Source of the DNA: Nannocystis bainbridge
GTDB taxonomy: Bacteria > Myxococcota_A > Polyangia > Nannocystales > Nannocystaceae
Length of the DNA: 64,000 bases
Assembly (NCBI RefSeq): GCF_028368995.1
Contig: NZ_JAQNDL010000004.1
Span: forward strand, 576,001 to 640,000
Reading direction: 5' to 3'
Of this stretch, positions 19,842-31,831 are shown piece by piece. The translations under genes were made by a program, and so were the position numbers. Under the pieces are notes generated by a model, which had not been told where the DNA came from, ran no database searches, and saw only the letters and a list, made by a program, of their open reading frames with translations. Numbering within the stretch: the stretch's first letter is position 1; each line of letters opens with the position of its first letter.

Positions 19842-20996
19842 TCAGGACAGGATCGCGCGGTAGCGGGTGGCCGCCTCGACGAGGTCGGCCAGGGGGACGT
19901 ACTCGCCCGCGGTGTGGGCCTGCTCGATCGAACCTGGCCCATAGACCAGGACGTCGCAGCCGGCGGCCGAGAACAGGGCGGCCTCGGTCCAGAAATCGAC
20001 GGGGTCGCCGGGCGGGAGGCCGAGGCGGGCGGCCAGGGCGGACGCGGCCTGGCGGGCCGCCGTCAAGCGCGCGGGGCCGCCGGCGGGCAGCGGCGGGGCG
20101 AGGAAGCCGGGCGTGAAGCGGACGCGCGCGGGGTCGGGCGCGAGCGCGAACAGCTCGGCGAGGGCGAGCTCGGGCGGGAGCTCGGGCGGCGGCCGCACGC
20201 CGAAGCGCACGGTGGCGGCGCTGGCGATCATGTTGGCCTTGAGGCCGCCCTCGACGGCGCCGAGGTTGAGCCGCAGACCCCGGAGCGAGCCGGCCGCGCC
20301 GGCGGTCTCGCTGGCGCCCGCGCGGGCGAGGGCGAGGCTGGCCCAACGGACGGCCTCGTGGACGGCGCTGTCGCGCAGGGCCCGGGCGGCGGAGGCGTGG
20401 CCGCCGATGCCGGAGAACACGGCGGTGGCGGTGCCGATCCCGCGGTGCTCGAGCACCGCGCGGCAACGGGTGGGCTCGGCGACGACGACGCTGCGGAAGG
20501 TCGGGTGCGAAGCTGTCCCGGAGGACATGTCGGATGTCCGCGGGGACAGGTCGGAGCGGGTCAGGAATTCGCGGATGCAGCGGCTGCTGCCGGCCTCCTC
20601 GTCGGACGAGAACAGCACGGCGGCGGGGCCGGTGGTGGCCTCGAGCACGCTCAGGAGGCAGGCAGCGGCGCCCTTGATGTCGCAGGCGCCGAGGCCGACG
20701 GCGAGGTCGCCCTCGATGCGCAGGCGGTGGGGGTCGGCGGTCCAGCCGGGGTCGGCGGGCACGGTGTCGACGTGGACGTTGAACAGCACCTGCGGGGCGC
20801 CGCGCACGGCCAGCAGGTAGACGCAGCCGTCGCCGAGGTCGACGGTGTCGCAGGTGAGACCTGACCCCTGGAGCATGTCCCGCAGGTACGCGAACAGCCC
20901 GGCGTCGCCGGCGATCGCCCGCGGCGGGTTGCGGGTGTCGAAGGCGACCAGGCGCGTCAGGTGTTCGAGGGTGCGCCGGAGCGTGGCTTCGGTCAT
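19842..20996 (-). CDS. argE: Acetylornithine/acetylcitrulline deacetylase
   Basis: DTRNPPR, FNVHVDTVP, GACDIKG, DEEAG, AEPT, DFWTEA, QAHTAGE; start overlaps the argG stop (ATGA). Confidence 0.92.
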   Translation of the reverse strand: MTEATLRRTLEHLTRLVAFDTRNPPRAIAGDAGLFAYLRDMLQGSGLTCDTVDLGDGCVYLLAVRGAPQVLFNVHVDTVPADPGWTADPHRLRIEGDLAVGLGACDIKGAAACLLSVLEATTGPAAVLFSSDEEAGSSRCIREFLTRSDLSPRTSDMSSGTASHPTFRSVVVAEPTRCRAVLEHRGIGTATAVFSGIGGHASAARALRDSAVHEAVRWASLALARAGASETAGAAGSLRGLRLNLGAVEGGLKANMIASAATVRFGVRPPPELPPELALAELFALAPDPARVRFTPGFLAPPLPAGGPARLTAARQAASALAARLGLPPGDPVDFWTEAALFSAAGCDVLVYGPGSIEQAHTAGEYVPLADLVEAATRYRAILS

Positions 20997-22222
20997 CGCT
21001 GCCCGGGGCGCCGGCGCGGGTTGACGCGCGCGGACAGGGTCGAGCTCATGCCGAGCAGCTTGATGAAGCCCTCGGCCTCGCGGGCGTCCCAGTCGGCCGA
21101 CTGAGCGTAGACGGCGCCCTTGTTGCGCAGGATGTGCTCGGAGCGCACGGCGATCGGGGTGACGACGCCGCCGGCGGTCTCGAGGGTGACGGTGCCGTTG
21201 ACGACGGCCTGCGACGAGCGCAGGAACGCCTCGAGGTCGTCCTTGAGCGGCTCGAAGAAGAAGCCGCGGTAGACCAGCTCGACCCACTTCTTGGCGACCA
21301 GCGGCTTGAAGCTGTTCTGGTTGGCGGTGAGGATGGCCTCCTCGAGCGCGCGGTGGGCCGTCATCAGGCCGGCGATGCCGGGGCACTCGAACACGATCCG
21401 GCCCTTGAGGCCGATGGTGGTGTCGCCGGTGTAGATGTTGCGGCCGACGCCGTAGGCGCCGAGGCGCTCGTTGAGGCGGCGCAGGATGTCGGGGCCGGCC
21501 ATCGCCTCGCCGTCGAGCTTGACGGCGACGCCGCGCTCGAAGGTGATGTCGAAGCGCGCGGGCTGCCGCGGCCAGTCCTCGGGGCGCGCGCACATCTGCC
21601 AGGTCTCGGGCCCGGGGGTCTGAAACTCGTCGATCTCCGAGCCCGAGGCGGTGACGCCGAGCAGGTTGACGTTGATGCTGTACTTGGCGGTCTTGGGCCG
21701 CACGTGGTGGCCGAGCTTCTGCAGGTACTCGGCCTCGTAGGCGCGCACGGCGTGGTGCTCGTGCTGGATGTCGCGGATCGGCGCGACGATGTCGTAGTCG
21801 CCGAGCGAGCGCACGGTCTGGTCGAAGCGGACCTGATCGTTGCCCATGCCGGTGCAGCCGTGGGCGAACACGCGGGTGCCGCGAGCGTCGCACAGGGCCA
21901 GCGCGCGCTCGACGATGATGTAACGATCGCTGACGAGCAGCGGGTAGACGTCCTGGTAGAGCTGGCCGCCGATGACGAGGGGGACGACGACGTCGTCCCA
22001 GATCGGCTGGGCGCCGCTCTCGGTCACGTGCTCGACGGCCCCGAGGTCGCGCGCGCGCTGCTCGATGTAGGCCCGCTCGGCGTCGTCGACGCCGCCGGTG
22101 TCGACGAACAGGGTGACGACTTCGTAGCCGCGCTCGCGCAGGTAAGGCACGCAGAAGCTGGTGTCGAGGCCGCCGGAGAAGGCGAGCACGACCTTCTTGT
22201 TCGAAGCTGTACTTTGGGACAT
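20993..22222 (-). CDS. argG: Argininosuccinate synthase
   Basis: LAFSGGLDTS, HGCTGMGNDQVRF, GLKGRIVFE. Confidence 0.96.
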   Translation of the reverse strand: MSQSTASNKKVVLAFSGGLDTSFCVPYLRERGYEVVTLFVDTGGVDDAERAYIEQRARDLGAVEHVTESGAQPIWDDVVVPLVIGGQLYQDVYPLLVSDRYIIVERALALCDARGTRVFAHGCTGMGNDQVRFDQTVRSLGDYDIVAPIRDIQHEHHAVRAYEAEYLQKLGHHVRPKTAKYSINVNLLGVTASGSEIDEFQTPGPETWQMCARPEDWPRQPARFDITFERGVAVKLDGEAMAGPDILRRLNERLGAYGVGRNIYTGDTTIGLKGRIVFECPGIAGLMTAHRALEEAILTANQNSFKPLVAKKWVELVYRGFFFEPLKDDLEAFLRSSQAVVNGTVTLETAGGVVTPIAVRSEHILRNKGAVYAQSADWDAREAEGFIKLLGMSSTLSARVNPRRRPGQR

Positions 22223-22270
22223 GTGGGGGATCCTGGGAGCGAGGCGAGCGGGGGCGAAGCGAGGGCGAGG

Positions 22271-23275
22271 TCAGAGGGCGCCGCGCAGGAGGGCGTCCAT
22301 CAGGGCCTTCTGGACGTGGAGGCGGTTCTCGGCCTCGTCGATGTGGATCGCGCGCGGCGAGTCGAGGACCTCGTCGGTGACCTTGACGTTGCGGCGGACC
22401 GGGAGGCAGTGGCTGAACAGGGCGTTCGGGGTCATCGCCATCTTGGCGGCGTCGACCATGAAGCGCTTGCTGGCCTCGCGGATCGGCTTCTCCTCGTCCC
22501 AGCGGCCGAAGTACGGCAGGGCGCCCCAGCTCTTGGCGTAGACGATGTCGGCGCCGCGGTAGCCCTGCTCGATGTCGTGGGTGACGGTGAGGCTGCGCCC
22601 GGCGGCCCGGGTGTACTCGGCGGCGGCGCTCATGTAGCGCTCGTCGAGCACGTACTCGGGGCTGGGGCACAGGAGGGTGACGTCCATGCCGAGCTTGGCG
22701 GCGATGATCAGCGCCGAGTTGGCGACCGCGGTGTTGAGCGGCTTGGGGTGGTACGTCCAGGTCAGGCACATCTTCTTGCCGGCGAGGTCGCCGAGCTTCT
22801 CCTGCAGGGTCAGCGCGAGCGCCAGCTCCTGGCAGGGGTGCGTGATCGTCTCCATGTTGATCACGGGCACGGTGGCGTGGCGCGCGAACGACTGGATGAC
22901 GCGGTCCTCGCGGTCGACGTCCCAGCGCTGAAACTTGGGGAAGGCGCGCACGGCGATGGCGTCGACGTAGCGCGAGAGGACCCGCGCGACCTCGCGGACG
23001 TGCTCCTCGGGCTCGCCGTCCATGATGACGCCGTCGTCGAACTCGATCGGCCAGGCGCCCTTGCCAGGCTCGAGCACGATGGCCTTGCCGCCGAGCTGGT
23101 GCATGCCGAGCTCGAAGCTGGTGCGAGTGCGCAGCGAGGGGTTGAAGAAGACCAGGGCGATCGACTTGCCAGCCAAGGTCTGCGCGTGCGGCCCGGCCTT
23201 GATGGCGCGCGCGGCGGCGAGCAAGGCTTCGATCTCGGCGCGGCTGTAGTCGAGGGTCGAGAGGAAGTGGCGCAC
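22271..23275 (-). CDS. argF': N-acetylornithine carbamoyltransferase (AOTCase)
   Basis: FFNPSLRT, DGEPEEH, HPCQ, TYHPKPLNTAV loop characteristic of AOTCase, HCLPVRR, AENRLH. Confidence 0.9.
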   Translation of the reverse strand: MRHFLSTLDYSRAEIEALLAAARAIKAGPHAQTLAGKSIALVFFNPSLRTRTSFELGMHQLGGKAIVLEPGKGAWPIEFDDGVIMDGEPEEHVREVARVLSRYVDAIAVRAFPKFQRWDVDREDRVIQSFARHATVPVINMETITHPCQELALALTLQEKLGDLAGKKMCLTWTYHPKPLNTAVANSALIIAAKLGMDVTLLCPSPEYVLDERYMSAAAEYTRAAGRSLTVTHDIEQGYRGADIVYAKSWGALPYFGRWDEEKPIREASKRFMVDAAKMAMTPNALFSHCLPVRRNVKVTDEVLDSPRAIHIDEAENRLHVQKALMDALLRGAL

Positions 23276-23509
23276 GCGCGCTCCTCTAGCACAGGGGGGC
23301 GGTGCGCCAAATAGGCGCGGGGGCCGTCGCGCAGCGCAGGCCGGCGTGCGATTGTGAACTTCCTCTCGCGTTCGCGGCGAGGGGATGGCGTCGCGCTCGC
23401 CGGGCCGGGGCGCCGGGGCGGACGCCGGTGGTGGTTCGGGAAAGGCGCCCCGCCGCTCGGGGGGATCCGTCGACTCTTGCGGTGTTGGTTTGAGGCGGTC
23501 GCCCGCGAT

Positions 23510-24667
23510 TCAGCGGCGGTCCTTGGCCATGGCCTTGAGGTTGGCGCGCCGCGCCTCGTGGGCGCAATCGGGGCACCAGGTGTGTTGATAGCGGATCGCG
23601 CTCGGGCGGGCCCACCAGCGGTGGCCCTTGTCGCACTCCCATTGCAGGTGGGTGTTGCGGTCGACGTATTTTTTCGAGATGCACTTGCCGCCGTTGCTGG
23701 CGGCCATGCGCTGCATCTCGGGGATGCCGAGGCGGGTGTCGGCGCATTGCGGGCACCAGCGCTCGTTGAGGATGTTGCCGCTGGTGCTGAGCCACTCGTG
23801 GCCGCTGGCGCAGCGCCAGCGCAGCTTGCGGCCCGAATGGAGGTTGTGCTCGGTGAGGAGGGCGCCGCCGCGGCGAGCGGCGATCCGGCGAACCTCGGCG
23901 ATCCAGCCGTCCTCGCGGCGACACTGCTGGCACCAATGGCCGAGGCGAATGTTGCGAGCCCGCGAGGTGAAGCGGTGGCCGCGGGCGCACTCCCAGCGCA
24001 AGGGGCCGGCGATATCGACGGTTTTGGCGGAGACGCAGCGGCCGCCCCACCGGGCGACGAGGTCGTCCATGTCGGCGAGGCTGCGGCGGCAGCGACCGCA
24101 CCAGTTGCCCTCGCGGATCTTGCGAGCCTCGGCGTCCCATTCGTGGCCGCGTTCGCAGCGGAACCGCAGCTTGTGGCCGAGCGGCGGGTATTCGCGGGAG
24201 AGGCAGCGGCCGCCCCGTTCGCGGGCGATGGCCTTGATCTTGTCGAGTTTGTCGGGGGTGCGATAGCGGCAGGTGGGGCACCAGGAGCCGCCGAGGATGA
24301 TGGCGCTGGTGGTGGACCAGCGATGGCCGCGCTTGCATTGGTAGTCAGCGCGGCCCTGGTAGCCAGGATAGGCGTCGGCGAGGCACTTGCCGCCGTGCTG
24401 GCGGGCGATGGCGCGGAGGGCGGCGAGGCGCGCGGCGGGATCGTTGCGAGGCGGGCGCGGCACGGCAGGTGCGGGCGAGGTCGGCGGGGCTGCGGCGGGG
24501 GCCGGCGAGGTCGGCGGGGCGGCGGGCTTGCGGGCGCTCGGCTCGAGCTTTGGCTTGGGGATCGGAGCGTCGGCGGGCGATTTGCGGGCGGCGGGCCTGG
24601 GCTTCGGGGCGTCGGCGCCTTGGACCGGTGTGTGCGAGCGCGGAGGCTTGGACCGGTTCGCGGGCAC
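23510..24667 (-). CDS. Protein with five tandem zinc-ribbon-like repeats and a Pro/Ala/Lys-rich N-terminus
   Basis: Five copies of GGxC/L...CxxGHxW/F...WCxxC. Confidence 0.8.
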   Translation of the reverse strand: MPANRSKPPRSHTPVQGADAPKPRPAARKSPADAPIPKPKLEPSARKPAAPPTSPAPAAAPPTSPAPAVPRPPRNDPAARLAALRAIARQHGGKCLADAYPGYQGRADYQCKRGHRWSTTSAIILGGSWCPTCRYRTPDKLDKIKAIARERGGRCLSREYPPLGHKLRFRCERGHEWDAEARKIREGNWCGRCRRSLADMDDLVARWGGRCVSAKTVDIAGPLRWECARGHRFTSRARNIRLGHWCQQCRREDGWIAEVRRIAARRGGALLTEHNLHSGRKLRWRCASGHEWLSTSGNILNERWCPQCADTRLGIPEMQRMAASNGGKCISKKYVDRNTHLQWECDKGHRWWARPSAIRYQHTWCPDCAHEARRANLKAMAKDRR

Positions 24668-24742
24668 GATGGCGGACGCTACCTCCGCTCAGGAATGCGC
24701 GCAAGCGCGCGCGCCGGCGAGCAGGTGCACGGGCGTGAGCGA

Positions 24743-24806
24743 GACGGCGACTCGGGCGTGAGCGGGGGCGCGGGCGGGAGCGTGACGGCGACTCGGGCGT
24801 GAGCGG
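24743..24806. repeat. 23-bp direct repeat
   Basis: GACGGCGACTCGGGCGTGAGCGG at 24743 and 24784, in the divergent region upstream of carA. Confidence 0.7.
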
Positions 24807-25062
24807 AGTCTGGCGCGGGTCCGGGCGGCGGTGGTTCTCCCGCGTGCCCGAGGAGGCGTCGCCTGGGGTCGACGCGCGGCAGGTCGAGCGGGCCGGGCGG
24901 TGGGTGACCTGCTGGCGGCGGCGCGACCCTGGGGGCGCGAGGCGGTAGCTGTCTCTTGGGCCAGGTCGGCGGAGCGGCCGCCTCGGCGAGTCGTCGGCGC
25001 GGGGTTCGCGGGCGCTTCCCCTCCGGGCGGGAACGCGCTAGGGAGCGTGCCCGCGGAGGCCC

Positions 25063-26289
25063 ATGGCAGCAGCTTTGTCGAGGATCGACCCACCGAGCAC
25101 GCCGGGCCTGTTGGCGCTGGCCGACGGGACCCTGTTTCGCGGCCGCGCGCTCGGAGCCCACGGGCGCACGTGCGGCGAAGTCGTGTTCAACACGGCGATG
25201 ACCGGATACCAGGAGGTCGTCTCCGACCCGAGCTATCACCAGCAGATCGTGACGCTGACGGCGGCGCACGTCGGGGTGGTCGGGGTCAACGCGGACGACG
25301 AGGAAGGCCGCGGGCCGCAGGTCGCCGGGCTGGTGGTCCGCGACGCGCCGCGCATGTTCGCGTCGTGGCGCGGGCGCGAGAGCCTGGGGGCGTATCTGCA
25401 GCGCGCGGGGGTGGTGGCGGTGGCGGACATCGACACGCGCCGGCTGACGCACCTGCTGCGCGAGCGCGGGGCGATGGCGGGCTGCGTGGCGGCCGGCGAG
25501 GCGGCCCGCGACGAGGCGGGCTGCGTGGCGGCGGCGCGGGCGTTCCCGGGGCTGCAAGGCGCGGCGCTGGCGGAGGCGGTCAGCGTGCCGGAGCCGGCCG
25601 GGTGGACGGCGGGCTCGGTCCGCTGGCTCGAAGGACATGTTCGTGAGGGCATGTCCGATGCGGCAGGTCCGGAGGGGCATGTTCGTGAGGGCATGTCCCC
25701 GGGGGCAGCCGGGCACGTGGTGGCGTTCGACTTCGGGATCAAGCGCAACATCCTGCGGCTGCTGGTCGACCGCGGGCTGCGGGTGACGGTGGTGCCGGCG
25801 GCGACGACGGCGAGCCAGGCGCTGGCGCTGCGGCCGGACGGGATCTTCCTGTCGAACGGGCCGGGCGATCCGGAGCCGCTGCAGGCCCAGCAGGCGGCGA
25901 TCCGCGAGCTGGTGGCGGCGGGGCTGCCGGTGTTCGGGATCTGCCTCGGGCACCAGCTGCTGTGCCTGGCGCTGGGGGCCCGCACGTTCAAGATGAAGTT
26001 CGGCCACCACGGGGCCAACCACCCGGTGCGCGAGCTGGCGAGCGGGCGGGTGCTGATCACGAGCCAGAACCACGGGTTCGCGGCCGACCCGGCGACGCTG
26101 CCGGCGGCGCTGCGGGCGACGCATGTGTCGCTGTTCGACGGGTCGCTGCAAGGGGTGGAGCTGGCGGATCGGCCAGTGTTCTCGTTCCAGGGCCACCCGG
26201 AGGCGTCGCCGGGGCCGCGCGAGCTGGCGGGGCTGTTCGACAGGTTCGCCCGCGAGGTGAGCGCGGGCCGGACCACGAAGGGGGTGTGA
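25063..26289 (+). CDS. carA: Carbamoyl-phosphate synthase small subunit
   Basis: [55 protein letters not shown]; exact start uncertain. Confidence 0.96.
   Translation: MAAALSRIDPPSTPGLLALADGTLFRGRALGAHGRTCGEVVFNTAMTGYQEVVSDPSYHQQIVTLTAAHVGVVGVNADDEEGRGPQVAGLVVRDAPRMFASWRGRESLGAYLQRAGVVAVADIDTRRLTHLLRERGAMAGCVAAGEAARDEAGCVAAARAFPGLQGAALAEAVSVPEPAGWTAGSVRWLEGHVREGMSDAAGPEGHVREGMSPGAAGHVVAFDFGIKRNILRLLVDRGLRVTVVPAATTASQALALRPDGIFLSNGPGDPEPLQAQQAAIRELVAAGLPVFGICLGHQLLCLALGARTFKMKFGHHGANHPVRELASGRVLITSQNHGFAADPATLPAALRATHVSLFDGSLQGVELADRPVFSFQGHPEASPGPRELAGLFDRFAREVSAGRTTKGV
25633..25707. repeat. 14-bp tile array embedded in frame in carA
   Basis: Cores at 25633, 25647, 25661, 25675, 25689; 42-bp internal duplication encoding EGHVREGMS twice. 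Confidence 0.92.
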
Positions 26290-26290
26290 C

Positions 26291-29440
<3,150 letters not shown>

Positions 29441-29479
29441 GCCCGGCGCGCCGCGGTCGTCAGGCCGCGGCGCGAAGGG

Positions 29480-29640
29480 CTGGTCGAGCGGGCAGGTGAC
29501 TGACCGATCGGGCAGGTTCGGCTGTCCGAAGGGGCAGGTGATCCCGCTGGCCGAGCGGGCAGGTGATGCTGGCCGATCGGGCGGGTGAATCGGTGTCCGG
29601 CGTGACGGGTTGTGAGGCTGTCCGAATGGACATGTTGTGA
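29480..29640. repeat. Loosely spaced tandem copies of the tile (CTGKCC-N4-GGRCAGGT)
   Basis: About 7 copies, e.g. CTGGTCgagcGGGCAGGT, CTGACCgatcGGGCAGGT, CTGTCCgaagGGGCAGGT, CTGTCCgaatGGACATGT. Confidence 0.85.
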
Positions 29641-29790
29641 CTGGCTGACGATCGACGGATGTCGCCGCTCCGCGGCGTCGACGGCGAGCGTTGATGGCTG
29701 GGTGGGCCTGGCTGAAGGGGTTCTGGGCGGGGTGGCGCCGGTTTTGGCGGCAATGTGTATTTTCGCGCGGGGCTCTGGTACGTCCGGGCC

Positions 29791-30600
29791 ATGCAGGAGA
29801 GCCGAGGGTCCCAGAGCGTCGATCCCGAGGAGTTGCGCGCGGCGCTGGGCGAGCCGGGGCGGCTGGGGCTGTACCTGTCGCGCGGGGTCGGGCTCGAGTC
29901 GGAGCGCGGCGAGGGGCAGCCGGAGTTCGTGCGGGTGGCGGTGTTGACGAGCGTGTCACCGCCGGCGCTGGAGGCGAAGCGCATGGCGTGGCGAGCGGCG
30001 GTGGCGGGGCTCGGGGTCGAGTCGCTGCCGGCGATCGCGGGGGTCGAGCTGGTGGCGGCGCGGGCGGGCTCGGCGTGGAGCTGGGTGGGGCCGGAGACGC
30101 GGGCGGCGGTGCTGCGGCTCGCGGTGAGGTCGCTGCTGGCGGCGGAGCCGGAGGTGGCGGTGTTTCACGTCACCGACGAGTTCGGCGGGGGGATGCTGCC
30201 GCGGCTGCAGTCGGGGCGGACGGCCGGAGAGCCGCGCCTGGACGCGCGGCTGCTCGAGCACGTGGTGTTCGCGGCAGTGACATACCGGCTGATGGTCGCG
30301 TCGGGCGAGGCGGTGGTGGTGACGCCGGGCGACGACGAGACATGGTCTTCGAGACAGGTGTTTCCGGAGCACGCGGCGGTGTGGCGGCGAGGGTTGATGG
30401 CGGCGCCGCACGAGGCGCTGGCAGGGCTCGACCTGGCAGCGCTGGCGGAGGCGTTGGTGTGGGCGACGACGACGCGCCGCGGTCGGGCGACGGTGGCGGC
30501 GGGGCCCGTGGCGATCGCTACGGCGGTGGCCGAGGCGGAGGGGCAGCTGCGAGCCCGCTGGACCGACCTGCTGCGCGAGCGCGCGGGCGGGGGCAACTGA
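29791..30600 (+). CDS. Hypothetical protein
   Basis: ORF with typical codon usage; no recognised motif. Confidence 0.55.
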   Translation: MQESRGSQSVDPEELRAALGEPGRLGLYLSRGVGLESERGEGQPEFVRVAVLTSVSPPALEAKRMAWRAAVAGLGVESLPAIAGVELVAARAGSAWSWVGPETRAAVLRLAVRSLLAAEPEVAVFHVTDEFGGGMLPRLQSGRTAGEPRLDARLLEHVVFAAVTYRLMVASGEAVVVTPGDDETWSSRQVFPEHAAVWRRGLMAAPHEALAGLDLAALAEALVWATTTRRGRATVAAGPVAIATAVAEAEGQLRARWTDLLRERAGGGN

Positions 30601-30740
30601 GGCGCGCGGCGAGAGGGTGCGGGAGAGATCGATGGCGGCGCGGCGGCGGCGATGCGGTGTGACAGCGGTGCTCGCAAGCTCCGGCAAATTCGCGCTGTGA
30701 CCGCCGCTGGACGGGGCCGGATCCCGCGAGTAGCCTGAAG

Positions 30741-31499
30741 ATGATGGATGCGCGACTCGGGCAGGGCTTCGGATGGGCGGTGGCGTGTCCGGCGACGGCC
30801 GAGGAGGCCGCTGCGCGCCATGTGGAGGGGCTCTGGGCGTCGTTCTTCCCGCCGGCCGCGGGCTACGCGGTGACACGATCGGAGGTGGTGTCGGTGCCCG
30901 AGCCGGCGCCGTCGCGCGCGCGCGCGCAGCAGCCGGGGATGCGGCTGCTGGTGCGACGCGGTGATTTCTGCGGCGAGGTGGAGGTGGCGGCGACGACGGG
31001 GCCGCGTCGCTCGCGGCTGTGGCTGCGTGGGTACGCGGGCTCGCAGCGGCTGGCGGCGGTCGAGCTGCGAGCGGCCCGCGCGACCGACCGCCTGCGCCTG
31101 GCGGGCTCGCTGGCGGGGGCGTCGGCCCTGCTGGTGCTGTGCGTGGAGCTGATGACGCACCCGCCCGGGTTCACGGTCGACATGATGTTCTTCCTCGGCG
31201 GGCTGCTGGTGGCGGTGATCATGGTGGTGGGGCTGGCGATCGGAGCGAACGTCGGCTCGTGGTTCGGCGAGCGCCAGGCGGTGACGGGCTGGGTCCGGGC
31301 GCTGGCGCTGGTCGAACGCGACGCGGCCCTGCGCGAGGACCTGCGCCGCTGGCGTTCGCTGGTGAAGAACCTGGCCCACTACCGCGACGCGCTGGCGGGT
31401 TCGAGCCGCCGCCAGCCGTTCCGCGCGCTCAGCCCGGGGGCGGAAGAGGACGAGGCGGAGCTGGCCGAAGAGACAGGGGCGGCGCGGGCGGCCGGTTGA
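30741..31499 (+). CDS. Hypothetical membrane protein (two TM helices)
   Basis: Hydrophobic segments LAGSLAGASALLVLCV and MMFFLGGLLVAVIMVVGLAIG. Confidence 0.6.
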   Translation: MMDARLGQGFGWAVACPATAEEAAARHVEGLWASFFPPAAGYAVTRSEVVSVPEPAPSRARAQQPGMRLLVRRGDFCGEVEVAATTGPRRSRLWLRGYAGSQRLAAVELRAARATDRLRLAGSLAGASALLVLCVELMTHPPGFTVDMMFFLGGLLVAVIMVVGLAIGANVGSWFGERQAVTGWVRALALVERDAALREDLRRWRSLVKNLAHYRDALAGSSRRQPFRALSPGAEEDEAELAEETGAARAAG

Positions 31500-31736
31500 G
31501 GCTGCGTCGGTTCGTTGCTGAAGTCGCGCCGACCGAGCGTGCGCCATGAGCCGGTGGGCGAAGGTCGAGGTGAGCGCGGTGTGAGGCCATCGAGCTGGCG
31601 GAGGCTGCGTCAGTGGGGGCCGGGCGAGGCGCCATGGGCGGATGGGGTGACAGACGACGGAAGCACGCGGGAGTGCTCGGCGGCTGGCGAAAGCTTCAGG
31701 CAGATGCGGAAGCTCGTCGGCCCGAGATGGCTGCAA

Positions 31737-31820
31737 AAGAATGTCTATAGGGACATGTCGTCAGAGACATGTCTCTAAAATAATGTCGTTATGGACATGT
31801 CAATATGGACATGTCCTTCG
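31737..31820. repeat. 14-bp tile array (6 cores, AT-rich spacers)
   Basis: Cores at 31737, 31751, 31765, 31779, 31793, 31807 with spacers atag/tcag/ctaa/ttat/atat. Confidence 0.92.
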
Positions 31821-31831
31821 GGGACGCTGTG

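Noticed and set aside
23276-23509. ARG boxes or an attenuator upstream of argF'
   Set aside because: No AT-rich ArgR-type dyad and no convincing leader peptide or terminator visible.
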